From positions 288,001 to 352,000 of the forward strand of contig CBDCDC010000001.1 of NCBI GenBank assembly GCA_965215195.1: DNA of 64,000 nucleotides, read 5' to 3'. Both the position numbers and the translations under genes were made by a program. Below are positions 10,835 through 20,667 of the stretch, in pieces (within the stretch, counting starts at the first letter, position 1; each line of letters begins with the position of its first letter). The stretch comes from Candidatus Latescibacterota bacterium. GTDB taxonomy: Bacteria > Latescibacterota > UBA2968 > UBA8231. Under the pieces are notes generated by a model. It had not been told where the DNA came from. It saw nothing but the letters and a program-made list of their open reading frames with translations, and searched no databases.

Positions 10835-11824
10835 CTAGTCCTCAAACGCCGCGTCAAAGGCAATGTCCGAGGCCGGGAAATCGACCTGTTTGACGAAGGC
10901 GGCCGCTTCGGTCGCGCCGTGGACGCGATCCATGCCGCTGTCTTCCCATTCGACCGACAGCGGCCCTTGGTAGTTGATGCGGTTGAGAGCGCGGATGATT
11001 TCCTCGAAGTCGATATTGCCGCGGCCCAACGAGCGGAAGTCCCAATAGCGTCGGCGGTCGCCGAACTCGGTGTGCCCGCCGAAGACCCCGGCGTCAGTCG
11101 GCGTGGCCGACCAGCCTACATCCTTCATGTGGACGTGGAAGATGCGGTCGCTGAATCGGTGGATGAACTCGACGTAGTCCACGCCTTGGTAGCCGAGGTG
11201 ACTGGGATCGTAGTTGAAGCCAAAGGCCGGGTGGCCGTTGAGTGCGTCTATGGCGCGCTCGGCCGAGGCGATATCAAAGGCGATTTCCGTGGGGTGTACC
11301 TCTAGCGCGAACTTGACGCCGAGCACTTGGTATTGGTCGAGTATAGGTTTCCAGCGCGCGGCAAAATCCGCGTACCCAGCCTCGATCCTGTCCGGGGATA
11401 CCGGCGGGAACGAGTAGAGCAAGGGCCAAATCGAAGAGCCGGTAAAGCCGTTGACCACGTCGACCCCGAGCCGGGCGGCCGCTTGCCCGGTGGCGATCAT
11501 TTCTGCGGCCGCGCGCTGGCGCACGCCCTCTGGGCGGCCGTCGCCGAAGATGCGCGGGGGCAGGATGGCTTGGTGGCGGCTGTCGATGGCGTCGCACACG
11601 GCCTGGCCGACGAGGTGATTGGAAATGGAAAACAGCGCTAGATCGTGTTTGGCGAGCAGTTCGCGCTTGGCCTTGCAGTAAGCGTCGTCGGCTTGGTCAA
11701 CCTCAAAGTGGTCGCCCCAGCAGGCCAGTTCCAAGCCGTCGTAGCCGAACTCAACGGCCTGTTGGCAGAGGGTCTCGAGAGGCAGGTCGGCCCACTGGCC
11801 AGTGAAGAGGGTGACGGATCGCAT
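10835..11824 (-). CDS. Sugar phosphate isomerase/epimerase (xylose-isomerase-like TIM barrel)
   Basis: [39 protein letters not shown] and SVEWED motifs; AAGGAG RBS before ATG 11824. Confidence 0.9.
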   Translation of the reverse strand: MRSVTLFTGQWADLPLETLCQQAVEFGYDGLELACWGDHFEVDQADDAYCKAKRELLAKHDLALFSISNHLVGQAVCDAIDSRHQAILPPRIFGDGRPEGVRQRAAAEMIATGQAAARLGVDVVNGFTGSSIWPLLYSFPPVSPDRIEAGYADFAARWKPILDQYQVLGVKFALEVHPTEIAFDIASAERAIDALNGHPAFGFNYDPSHLGYQGVDYVEFIHRFSDRIFHVHMKDVGWSATPTDAGVFGGHTEFGDRRRYWDFRSLGRGNIDFEEIIRALNRINYQGPLSVEWEDSGMDRVHGATEAAAFVKQVDFPASDIAFDAAFED

Positions 11825-11905
11825 TGTAGTCGCTCCTTGTTGGTGTTTGCACAAAAGGGAGGGAGTATATACGCCGGTCGCCGCCGCGATGTCAAGGCCC
11901 GTCCG

Positions 11906-12667
11906 CTAGCGGCTCAGCGACTTTTCCCGCCGCAGGTCGATGTCAAAAATGCGCAGGTAGCGGCCCTGAAACTCGCCGATGACTTCGGGAATCAGGTCCT
12001 CGTCGAGATCGAGCAGGCCCATGCGCTCGCCAAAAGGCTCGGTCGCCTTCCACTCCAAGTCGAAGAAGCGGGCGTCGAACACGTACCCGTCGTTGAGCAC
12101 GATCTCGTCTTCATCGTCCCCATCTACATCGCCGATGAGGATCTGATGGGCCGTCAAGTCGGTCTGGTCGCTGCGCCACTGCTCGTACTGGTCGCGGCCG
12201 TCGTACACGATTAGGCGGCCATCGGCGCAGAACACGAGCTCGGGCTGGGGATCGTCGTCAATGTCGCCGATGGTCAGGCTGGTAATGCGGGCGTATTCAT
12301 TCGGCGAGTTGCTCCACAGCAGGGTGTAGTCCTGAGAGTCGAGGTAATACACGCGGCCGTGATCGGTATAGGCGACGATTTCGTCGAGCTGGTCGTCGTT
12401 GATATCGAGGACGAACACGCCGGCTACGGCCCCTTCGAGGTAGTCGCTGACCCACACCTCGGTATAGGCGCGGTCGCGCTCTTCATAGACGTGGATCCGG
12501 CCGTTGCTGTCGCCGAGTACGAGGCGAGCTGGGCCTTCGCCCGCGGGCAAGCGCTGGATATTGTCGAATTCGTCTAGATCGCCGCTATAAGCCGGCCATT
12601 CCACGGCTTGGCTCGATAGCGGCGCCAGCCACAACGCACATAAGATCAACCGCAACATGATGGGCAT
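11906..12667 (-). CDS. Secreted FG-GAP/VCBS-like repeat protein
   Basis: Signal peptide; repeated DINDDQLDEI, DIDDDPQPEL and DVDGDDEDEI motifs. Confidence 0.7.
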   Translation of the reverse strand: MPIMLRLILCALWLAPLSSQAVEWPAYSGDLDEFDNIQRLPAGEGPARLVLGDSNGRIHVYEERDRAYTEVWVSDYLEGAVAGVFVLDINDDQLDEIVAYTDHGRVYYLDSQDYTLLWSNSPNEYARITSLTIGDIDDDPQPELVFCADGRLIVYDGRDQYEQWRSDQTDLTAHQILIGDVDGDDEDEIVLNDGYVFDARFFDLEWKATEPFGERMGLLDLDEDLIPEVIGEFQGRYLRIFDIDLRREKSLSR

Positions 12668-13866
12668 TACTCCTTGGTGGCGGCCGCGTACGCGGCCTCG
12701 TATACGGAGAGCAAGGGCACTTGGTGCTCTTGGGCCAGCCGAGCGCAGTCCTCGTATTCAGGGGCGGCGCGGCAGCGTCCGTCTATGCAGCTAAACTTGA
12801 CGCCGACCGCCCCGTACGGGGTGGCAACGGCGCGGCTCTGGCGTTCCAAGATGCGGCGTTCCACCCCGTAGTAGCGCAGGCCGATGGTGGTCGTTTCTCG
12901 CAGGACGATGTCGGCCAGCTCGTCCAAGCGGCCCGCCGGAGCGAGGACGCTGAGGACGTTGCCCGGGCGGCCCTTTTTCATCAGGACCGGCGTGGCGTAC
13001 ACGTCGCATGCGCCCTGCGCTAGCAGCCGGTCGAAGAGGTAGCCGTACACTTCTGGATTCATGTCGTCGATATTGGCTTCGATCAACAGAACGCGCTCGC
13101 TGGCCGGCGTGCGCTCGCCCAAGCGCAGGCGCAATAGATTGGGAATGGCCTCTAAGTCGCGGCGGCCCGCGCCATAGCCGACGGCCTGTTGGCAGAAGGG
13201 CGGCTGCGGCCCAAAGGAACGGGCCAAGGTGGTGATGATCGCCGCCCCGGTCGGGGTGACGAGTTCGGCGCGGATATCGGTCTGTTCGGTCGGCACGTCG
13301 CGGCAAAGGGCCAAGACCCCAGGCACGGGCACCGGGTAGCGCCCGTGCGCACAGCGCACAAAACCCGTGCCAAAGCGCAGGGGCGAAGCCCAGATCTCGT
13401 CGATCTCCAAGAGTTGGAGGCCGGCCACAGCCCCCACTACGTCTATCAGGGCGTCGAGGGCCCCCACTTCGTGCAGGGCCACTGCGGCGGGCGCGGCCTT
13501 GTGGACCTCGGCTTCGGCTGCACACAGGCGCTCAAAGACGCGAATGGAGCGTTCCTTGACGACGCTGTCTAAGCGGCTGTCGGCAATGCGGCTGGTTATA
13601 TCTCGGAGGTGGGCGTGAGCATGTGCGCCAGACAGGTCGAGATGGTGCGCGGCGTCGGCCAACGGTGCGCCGGCCATGCAGACCTTGGCGCGGGTGGCGG
13701 CAATGGCGTGCCGGGCGGTGGATTCGCGCTCAATCGCGACGTCCTTGACGCCCAGCTTGGCGATTTCTCGGTTGAGGTGCTCTAGCGCGAGACCAGCGTC
13801 GAGCAGGGCACCCAAGATCATGTCGCCGCTGATACCGGAGAAGCAGTCGAAATAGGCGATTTTCAT
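12667..13866 (-). CDS. larC: Nickel-pincer cofactor biosynthesis protein LarC
   Basis: YFDCFSGISGDMILGAL, His-rich loop, HEVGALD, ELVTPTGAA, EANIDD, MKKGRPG and ETTTIG motifs. Confidence 0.92.
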   Translation of the reverse strand: MKIAYFDCFSGISGDMILGALLDAGLALEHLNREIAKLGVKDVAIERESTARHAIAATRAKVCMAGAPLADAAHHLDLSGAHAHAHLRDITSRIADSRLDSVVKERSIRVFERLCAAEAEVHKAAPAAVALHEVGALDALIDVVGAVAGLQLLEIDEIWASPLRFGTGFVRCAHGRYPVPVPGVLALCRDVPTEQTDIRAELVTPTGAAIITTLARSFGPQPPFCQQAVGYGAGRRDLEAIPNLLRLRLGERTPASERVLLIEANIDDMNPEVYGYLFDRLLAQGACDVYATPVLMKKGRPGNVLSVLAPAGRLDELADIVLRETTTIGLRYYGVERRILERQSRAVATPYGAVGVKFSCIDGRCRAAPEYEDCARLAQEHQVPLLSVYEAAYAAATKE

Positions 13867-13881
13867 CTCGGCGTCCCGCGC

Positions 13882-14289
13882 TCAGGGCAGGCGCTCGAGG
13901 TCGGCCTTGCGCTTCTTCCAGTCGAACTCCTCGGCAAAGTCGTACACATCGACGAAGTCTTCAATCCGGTCCTCGTCTGTCTTGCGCAGCAAGTTCGCGC
14001 CGACCAAGTTGAAGACAATCTCGCCGAAGTCGCGCGTTTGCTCGATGCCCCAGTGGGCAAAGACCGAGCGGGTGAGTGGCCCGAACTGATCGGCGCTGTA
14101 CTCGCTGATGCCAAAGAGCAGATCCCGGCCGGAAATGTGCCGCTTCTCTTCGGCCAAGGCGTCCTTGTTTCTGCTGAGCTTTTGCACTGTGTATTCCAGC
14201 GCGTCGTACACAAAGAGATACGCATCGCGCTTGTAGCGACCGTCGCGCTCGGCCAGATTTTCGATTTCTCGCAGCGATTTTAATTCCAT
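13882..14289 (-). CDS. Minf_1886-like (Verrucomicrobia/Planctomycetes-type) protein
   Basis: DGRY...AYLFV..AL, RHISG..L, FGPL, WGI..T.DFGEIVFNLV motifs. Start taken at ATG 14289. Confidence 0.8.
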   Translation of the reverse strand: MELKSLREIENLAERDGRYKRDAYLFVYDALEYTVQKLSRNKDALAEEKRHISGRDLLFGISEYSADQFGPLTRSVFAHWGIEQTRDFGEIVFNLVGANLLRKTDEDRIEDFVDVYDFAEEFDWKKRKADLERLP

Positions 14290-14309
14290 AGCTAGAGAGC
14301 CAATACAAA

Positions 14310-15638
14310 CTAGGGCAGAGTGGATGTCAAGGGGCCGCGGCGCAAAGCCAAGTGGCGCGGACCAAGCGCGAGGACGTGCAAGAGCGCGTCGCGCTTGTGG
14401 ACGAAGTCGGGCAACAGGTCGTCGGCTAGGGTTGAGAAGACACGGCCTGTGTTGATGTGTTCGGGATTGAGGTGGCGGCCGTCCTTGATGATTTCGTAGT
14501 GCAGGTGGGGACCGGTCGCGAGTCCGGTGGCACCAACTTTGCCGATGAGATCCTTCTGCTGTACGAGCTGACCCTTGCGAACCAATATCTTGCTCAGGTG
14601 GGCGTAGCGGGTGCGGTAGCCATTGGCATGGACGATTTCGACCAGCTTGCCGTAGCCACCTTTCCAACCGGCGTACGCGACCTTCCCTTGGGCCGTAGTC
14701 CACACTAGGGTGCCAGTCGGCGCACCGTAGTCCGTGCCCAAGTGGGGGCGCTGCTCTTTGTGGATGGGATGGAAGCGGCGGCGGTTGAAGCGCGAGGTGA
14801 TGCGATTGACTTCGAGGGGCTTGAGGACAAACATCCGGCCGAGGGATTGGCCGCTGGCATTGTAATAGGCGTCCTGCCCCTCGGCCGCGGCATAGCGGAC
14901 TCCCAGCTCGGTCGCTCGTTCACCTTCGTACCGGGCCAAGAGGACGTGACCGTAGCGGATGAAGCGCCCGTCCATGTAGATCTTTTCAAAGACGACCCCC
15001 AGCCGATCGCCGCGGCGCGGGTCGCGCTGGAAGTCGATGACTGCGCCAAAGATGTCATCGGCGAGCACATCGCTGAGCGCGCTGCCTTCCCCGGCCGCGC
15101 TGATGGCGTTGGAGAGGTTGTCCTCAATGCGCACTTCGAGCCGCTCGAGCCGTCGCTCCAACGGCAACTGCAACTGGCGGCCAACGAGCTGACCGCCGCG
15201 CAGGTCCACCTCAATCGGGCACTCCGGGGTGCGGTGCGGCGTGTAGCGGAAGCGGCGAATGACGCCGCTGCTGTCGATTGCGAGCTCGTAGTAGTCGCCC
15301 GGCCTGACTTGAGCGGGGTCAAAGACCGCGTACAGTGCTTGGTACAGGGGCTCCAATTGGCCACTCGGGACGCGATGGTGCTTGAGCGAGCGGTCGATGG
15401 AATCTCCGTGGCGCAGGGCGGCGGCAATCGTCCGCGTGGGATCGTCGGGCGGCGGCGAAATTGGGGGGCCGACAACGGGCGGCTTCCGCACTGCGGCCGA
15501 AGCGGCCGGAGCAAAGGCCACTTCTTGGAGCTGGGCGGCAGCCGTCGAATGCTGAGAGGACATCCCCAAGCGCAGCGCCATAAGCGCAAGGCTGCTCAAG
15601 AGGACGCCCCAGAACCAGAGGGCAAATCCGAATCGCAT
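14310..15638 (-). CDS. M23 family peptidoglycan DD-endopeptidase (MepM-like)
   Basis: HLGTD, YAHLS and TGPHLHYE zinc motifs; N-terminal TM segment. Confidence 0.9.
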   Translation of the reverse strand: MRFGFALWFWGVLLSSLALMALRLGMSSQHSTAAAQLQEVAFAPAASAAVRKPPVVGPPISPPPDDPTRTIAAALRHGDSIDRSLKHHRVPSGQLEPLYQALYAVFDPAQVRPGDYYELAIDSSGVIRRFRYTPHRTPECPIEVDLRGGQLVGRQLQLPLERRLERLEVRIEDNLSNAISAAGEGSALSDVLADDIFGAVIDFQRDPRRGDRLGVVFEKIYMDGRFIRYGHVLLARYEGERATELGVRYAAAEGQDAYYNASGQSLGRMFVLKPLEVNRITSRFNRRRFHPIHKEQRPHLGTDYGAPTGTLVWTTAQGKVAYAGWKGGYGKLVEIVHANGYRTRYAHLSKILVRKGQLVQQKDLIGKVGATGLATGPHLHYEIIKDGRHLNPEHINTGRVFSTLADDLLPDFVHKRDALLHVLALGPRHLALRRGPLTSTLP

Positions 15639-15757
15639 ATTCAAAATGTATGGGTAAAGAACAAGGGAGCTGACAACGGCTGGGGGACCGTTGACCAATA
15701 TCAGCAAAATCTTACCATATATAATCTTGTGTCATTTAAGCGTCAAGGACTTTTAAG

Positions 15758-16819
15758 GTGACCAGTCGGCTCTACGACCTGAAGGCCATGCTGCCCGGCG
15801 AGCTCGAACAGCTCGTCGGCGAGCTTGGAGAACCCGCGTACCGCACCCGTCAGATCCTCAATTGGCTCTACGCCAAGGGCGTGCGCGACGTGCGCGAGAT
15901 GACCAATATCTCCAAAATTTTGCGGGGCAAGCTGGCCGAGCGGACGCGCATTACTTGGCTAAACCTCGTCAGGCGTCAAGAGTCGGCCACGGGCGAGGCC
16001 GTCAAATTCCTCTTTGAGCTGCCCACCGGGCAGCGAATCGAGTCCGTGCTGATCGCCGATGGCACCCGGCGCACGGCGTGCCTGTCGTCGCAAGTGGGCT
16101 GCCCACTCGACTGCAAGTTCTGCGCCACCGGAAGGATGGGGATGATCGCCAACCTCGAAGCCGGGCAGATCGTCGATCAGCTCTTGCAAGTGAACCACTT
16201 CGCCCGCGGGCGCGGCGCGAAGGTGACCAATGTGGTGATGATGGGGATGGGCGAGCCGCTACTCAACTACTCGGCGGTTGCGCGCGCCCTAAAGCTGATG
16301 CGCCTAAAAGAGGGCATTGGGTTGGGGGGGCGGAAAATCACGGTATCCACCGCGGGTTATATCCCGGGCATCCGCCGGCTCATGGCCGAAGATCTCAACG
16401 TGGGGTTGGCCATTTCGCTCAACGCCACGACCGACGAGGTGCGCGAGCAGCTCATGCCGATCAACCGCAAGTACAAGATCGCCGACCTCTTGGCGGTCGC
16501 ACGCGAATTTTTCGCCTGTCGCGGCTATGGCGTCACCTTTGAATACGTGCTCATGGCCGGGTTGACCGATGCGGACGCTGATGCGCGGCGGCTGGCCGCA
16601 CTGACCCGCGACATTCCCTGCAAGATCAACCTCATACCCTACAACGAAACGGCTGCGGACCGCCGCTTCCGCCGACCTGCTCGCCGGCGTCTAGAGCAAT
16701 TTTACCAAGTGCTCAGAGGCTGCGGCATTGAGTTTACCGTGCGCCACAGCCGCGGGCGGGACATCGACGCGGCCTGCGGCCAACTCTACCACCGGCAGAA
16801 AAACGAGTTGGAGTCGTGA
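15758..16819 (+). CDS. rlmN: 23S rRNA/tRNA C2-adenosine methyltransferase (radical SAM)
   Basis: SSQVGCPLDCKFC, MGMGEPL and IDAACGQL motifs. Confidence 0.95.
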   Translation: MTSRLYDLKAMLPGELEQLVGELGEPAYRTRQILNWLYAKGVRDVREMTNISKILRGKLAERTRITWLNLVRRQESATGEAVKFLFELPTGQRIESVLIADGTRRTACLSSQVGCPLDCKFCATGRMGMIANLEAGQIVDQLLQVNHFARGRGAKVTNVVMMGMGEPLLNYSAVARALKLMRLKEGIGLGGRKITVSTAGYIPGIRRLMAEDLNVGLAISLNATTDEVREQLMPINRKYKIADLLAVAREFFACRGYGVTFEYVLMAGLTDADADARRLAALTRDIPCKINLIPYNETAADRRFRRPARRRLEQFYQVLRGCGIEFTVRHSRGRDIDAACGQLYHRQKNELES

Positions 16820-17337
16820 ACTTCAAGGGCCATGTTGTGGGCGGGATCGTCGCGGGTAGTGGGGTGGCGGCAGGCGCGGTTTACTCCGGCTATGTTGCGC
16901 CCGACGACCTGACGACCCAAGCGGCCATCGCCGGCACCGCCCTGTTCTTTTCCCTCTTTCCCGACTTGGACACGGCTTCGGTGGTGCAACGGTGGTTTTT
17001 CCGCGGCGTCTTCTGCGCCTTGCTCTATCTGGGCTGGAGCGAACACTACGAGCTGGCGACTATCGTGGGCCTCTTGTGCGTCCTACCGCTTTTGGATCAC
17101 CACCGCGGCTGGACGCATTGGAAGATCAGCCCGTTCATCACCGTAGGGCTGTTGGGCACGACCTACGAGTACTGGCGGGCGCGGCAGGCTTTTTTAGGGG
17201 AATTTACTTGGGACAACGTACGCACCCTGCTCGAAGGGCACTGGGTTTTCTTCATTGCCTGCATCGTCGGCTGGTACACCCACCTATTGCTAGACGGGCG
17301 CTTCAAGATATTCCCCACCGGCCAAGACCACCACTGA
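16816..17337 (+). CDS. Membrane metal-dependent hydrolase (YdjM/DUF2227-like)
   Basis: FKGH, FPDLD, HRGWTH and YTHLLLD motifs. Confidence 0.8.
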   Translation: MNFKGHVVGGIVAGSGVAAGAVYSGYVAPDDLTTQAAIAGTALFFSLFPDLDTASVVQRWFFRGVFCALLYLGWSEHYELATIVGLLCVLPLLDHHRGWTHWKISPFITVGLLGTTYEYWRARQAFLGEFTWDNVRTLLEGHWVFFIACIVGWYTHLLLDGRFKIFPTGQDHH

Positions 17338-17343
17338 AGCGGC

Positions 17344-17718
17344 TCAGTCGCGCTCGGCCTCGGCGTCTTTTCCCTTCTTCTTATCGACGAACTTCTTGAG
17401 CTTGGCGATGGCCTCGGGCACCAGCCCGACGATGTGACCCCAACCGGCCTCCTGATCGCCGATGGACGCCACCTGCACCCTGCCATCGGCATCGACGATG
17501 AGGAAGGCGATGGGTTCGATGTTCGCGCCGCCGCCCGTCCCGCTCTGCCCCTTGCCCTCCAGCCCTCCGCCGGCCCCAAAGCCAAACGATATTTTCGATA
17601 CCGGAATAATGGTCAAGTTGCCGGCCTGAAACGGCTGCCCGATGACGGTTTCGGTTTGCACGATGCGGTGCAACTCGCCCAAGACGCGCTCGACTAGGGA
17701 TTCTACGGACGATGCCAT
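17344..17718 (-). CDS. GerW/YtfJ family protein
   Basis: TVIGQP, IIPVSKISFGFGAGGG and GGGANIEPIAFL motifs. Confidence 0.85.
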   Translation of the reverse strand: MASSVESLVERVLGELHRIVQTETVIGQPFQAGNLTIIPVSKISFGFGAGGGLEGKGQSGTGGGANIEPIAFLIVDADGRVQVASIGDQEAGWGHIVGLVPEAIAKLKKFVDKKKGKDAEAERD

Positions 17719-17733
17719 GAAAAGCTCCTCGGC

Positions 17734-18396
17734 TTAGATCGGGGTGCGGAAGCGCGCGGCCAACAAGCGGTAGGCCACCTGCGAGCCAAAGCGCCCCAAG
17801 AGCAAAAGCAACAAGCCCAAGTGCAAATGAGCGACCAAGTCCAAGCGGCCAAAGGCCCCTGCGCACACAAAATCCGGGCTGACGTTTATTTGTATCTTTC
17901 CCTTGCGCGCTGCAACTGCCTGTAAATAGCCATAGACCCGCCCGGTTTGGCCCGGGTCGGCAAAGCCCAAACGGCCCTCGATCCGCAGCCGCTTGAGCCG
18001 AATGGTGCGCGGCAAGCTCGCCAATAGCCTAAGGCTGGGCTCGATCAGCAGGCGCACGAGCGCACGCAGGTTCCGCTTGCGGGCTTTAGGCGCAGCCTCT
18101 TGCTCGGCTTTGCGCCGCGCTTTTGGCCGGCGCTTCACTTGGGGCCGCAGCGGCAGCAAGGGATACGGCAAGAATTGACCCAAGAGCACGGGCGCGATGC
18201 AAAGGCCCTTGGGGCCCCATCGCAGCCCCAGCCCTAGCCCTCCCCAAAAAAAGGACAGCCGCACGCCCCATTCCCAAGACTCCGGCAGCCCCTCGCGCTG
18301 GCAGCGCAAGGCAAGGGTCATGGGGGCCCACAGCGCGGCGAGGCCGAGCGCGGCGAGCGCGGGGAATAGCCAATCTAGCACGGCTTTTGCTGCCAT
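17734..18396 (-). CDS. DUF2953 (YtfI-like) membrane protein
   Basis: GFADPGQTGRVYG and VSPDF motifs; usual partner upstream of ytfJ. Confidence 0.7.
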   Translation of the reverse strand: MAAKAVLDWLFPALAALGLAALWAPMTLALRCQREGLPESWEWGVRLSFFWGGLGLGLRWGPKGLCIAPVLLGQFLPYPLLPLRPQVKRRPKARRKAEQEAAPKARKRNLRALVRLLIEPSLRLLASLPRTIRLKRLRIEGRLGFADPGQTGRVYGYLQAVAARKGKIQINVSPDFVCAGAFGRLDLVAHLHLGLLLLLLGRFGSQVAYRLLAARFRTPI

Positions 18397-18445
18397 GCCG
18401 CGTTCCAATCCGGCCGGCCGCTAAACTGCACGACAGCGGTTGAGT

Positions 18446-18682
18446 TCAGCCGGGCAAGCGGGACAAGATCAGCGTCCCCAACCCTAAAAGCGTCGTTAGC
18501 TGGCTGCCGATTAGTTAGCGGAAGTCTCGGCATTGGTCTTGCCGCAGGGCGTCAATGGCGCACTCGACGCTATCTATCCGCTTCTCAATGCCGTCCAGTC
18601 GCCGGTCTAACAGCTCGGCCATACCCCCCAAGCGGCCAATGCGCCGGTCGTGATCTTGGGCTTGCGCGATGGGGTCGGGCAT
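18446..18682 (-). pseudogene. Small coiled-coil + C-terminal TM protein with an internal TAA
   Basis: ...RDFR*LIGSQLTTLLGLGTLILSRLPG: the frame continues past the stop at 18515-18517 into a hydrophobic helix; GAGGAG RBS. Confidence 0.55.
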
Positions 18683-18796
18683 AGTATGCGTCTCCTCGTG
18701 TGGGCCGGGGCACAACGGCCAAGCTGATTTGTACAACCTATCCGAGTGCGCCGGTTCAGTCAAGCCTTTCTACGGCTGCCAACAGGGGCTTCGGCC

Positions 18797-18825
18797 TTGA
18801 CAGGACCCGCGTCGTACGTTAGGCT
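18797..18825 (+). promoter_or_regulatory. Sigma70-like promoter
   Basis: TTGACA-17 bp-TAGGCT about 90 bp upstream of the 18916 ORF. Confidence 0.55.
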
Positions 18826-18915
18826 TGGATCGGACGTAAGTTATAGTTAAAAAGTAAGTTAGGCTTTTTTGGTCAAGGGGTCAGTACGCGGAAATAGCAA
18901 AGAGGAACGAACCGA

Positions 18916-20664
18916 ATGGCAACCCGAAGGACAGTGGGAAGGCGCGGCCTTCAGGGCGCGGGCAGGTATTGGCGCGGGCTAGGGGTGGTCGTGGCGCTGT
19001 GGGCGGCCGTGGTGCCGGCGAGCGCCCGCTCGACGCTCAGTGTGCGCTTGGACCAACCGGCGATTGCCGGGCCGGCCTTGGACCAGCAGTCCATCCTCTA
19101 TTTGCACTACTTCCCCGGCGATGGCGAAGCCATAGTAAGCGCCCGGCTACGGTGCCTCGGGAACGTGCGCTTGCAGAGCGTCCGCTCGGCGCTAGGCCAA
19201 GCCCAGCTAGAGGCCGCGTCCGTCGGCATAGACTATGCGGCGCGGCCCTTGGCCGGGGCACCCATCGACACCCTCTACATTGGCCTAGTCGCCGCTGAGG
19301 TGGGAAAAATCGGCTGGTCCGCGGCGATTCAGTCCTCGCTCAACCCACAGGGCACTCCGGCCCATCAGGTCGAATTCGACCTAGCGGTGCGCCCGCCGCC
19401 GGCTGTTTCGTGGTCCATTGAGCCGCAGCGGGTCTATCAGGGCGAGCACTTTGACTTGCGTGCGATTGTGCGCTTTGACGCGGCCTCCGGTCCGCCCTTA
19501 GAAGATCTGAGCTGGGCTTGGCCGCCGGAACTTAGCTGGCCGGAGGGCGACGCCCCGCAGCGCTGGGAGGGCAGCTTGGCCCCCGGGCAGGCCGACACGC
19601 TCTCTTGGGCAGTGCGCGTGGCTTCGGCCCACCTCGGCCCCCTGCCATTGGCGGTCTCCGCGCGGGTCGCCGGCCAGAGTCCGGTGGACTTGGCGGCCCA
19701 GCACTTGCAGGTAGATCCGCTGCCCGTGATGGCGTTGGAGCCTGAGTTTATGGAGGTGGGCAAGCGCGGGCCAATCACCTGCGTATGGCGCAACGAGAGC
19801 GCCGACCCCATCGGCCTTGTGACTCTGCGCCTGCAAGTGGGGCCGACGTTTTCGGATGTCTCCTTGGTGGAAGGGCCGCCGGGCGCGGCTCTCGTCCAGA
19901 GCGACGCGGACGCGGCACCCAGCCTGTTAGTGAGCGGCTTGGACAGCTTGGACGCGGGCGCGGCGATCCAGGTGACGCTCGAGACCGTGCCGCAGCGCCC
20001 GGGGCCTTTTACTTGGCAGAGCGCTTGTAAGCCCTTGGGGCGAGAGCACTTCATTCCCCTGCGCGGCGCGAACACCGTCCGCGTAGTGTGGAAAGGAACG
20101 GCCCCGGCCCAAGGCCGCGACAGGCAAACGCCCACGGACTTGCAGTTGATCAACCAGGCCTTTGTCCTCGCCTTAGACCACCAAATGGATGCCCTGCCCC
20201 TATCCCCGGGTACGCGGCTTTTTCTTGAAGCCGAAGACCACAAAAACGAGGCCAATTGGGTCGTCGAGGACGCCCTGATCGAGGCATTGCAGGGGCGGGG
20301 CTATCAGGTGCTCGTGCGCCAGCCGGAAGACGCGTCCGCCGACGTGTGCTACTACCGGCTGGTCAGGGCGCGGGTGGTGTATTCGCCGACCGCCCGGCGG
20401 CTACTCCCCTGGAGCAACGAGCAGCGGCGCGAGGCGTATGGCGATCTCTTTCTCAGAGTCGAAACGGCCGCAGATCGCATCGTGCGCTGGGACCGCCGCG
20501 TCCAAGCCTATAGCGTGGACGTGGTGGCCAAGGGGTTGCACGAGGTCTTAGGCGGGGGGGACATGGTCGAACAAACGGTGATCAAACCAGAAAACAAGGC
20601 CATCGTGCGCGGCCTATCGGCCGGCATTCTCGGCGGATTGTTCTACATCTTCTTCATTTTGTGA
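18916..20664 (+). CDS. Hypothetical exported, beta-rich protein with a C-terminal hydrophobic tail
   Basis: Signal peptide (PASA|R), GAGGA RBS, C-terminal GILGGLFYIFFIL. Confidence 0.7.
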   Translation: MATRRTVGRRGLQGAGRYWRGLGVVVALWAAVVPASARSTLSVRLDQPAIAGPALDQQSILYLHYFPGDGEAIVSARLRCLGNVRLQSVRSALGQAQLEAASVGIDYAARPLAGAPIDTLYIGLVAAEVGKIGWSAAIQSSLNPQGTPAHQVEFDLAVRPPPAVSWSIEPQRVYQGEHFDLRAIVRFDAASGPPLEDLSWAWPPELSWPEGDAPQRWEGSLAPGQADTLSWAVRVASAHLGPLPLAVSARVAGQSPVDLAAQHLQVDPLPVMALEPEFMEVGKRGPITCVWRNESADPIGLVTLRLQVGPTFSDVSLVEGPPGAALVQSDADAAPSLLVSGLDSLDAGAAIQVTLETVPQRPGPFTWQSACKPLGREHFIPLRGANTVRVVWKGTAPAQGRDRQTPTDLQLINQAFVLALDHQMDALPLSPGTRLFLEAEDHKNEANWVVEDALIEALQGRGYQVLVRQPEDASADVCYYRLVRARVVYSPTARRLLPWSNEQRREAYGDLFLRVETAADRIVRWDRRVQAYSVDVVAKGLHEVLGGGDMVEQTVIKPENKAIVRGLSAGILGGLFYIFFIL

Positions 20665-20667
20665 TCT

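Noticed and set aside
16320-16332. G7 in rlmN (also G7 near 20555 and C7 near 23535) as phase-variable tracts
   Set aside because: They are short, in frame and explained by Gly codons.
17344-18396. Sporulation capacity inferred from ytfJ/ytfI
   Set aside because: The pair occurs in many non-sporulating taxa, and there are no other spo genes here.
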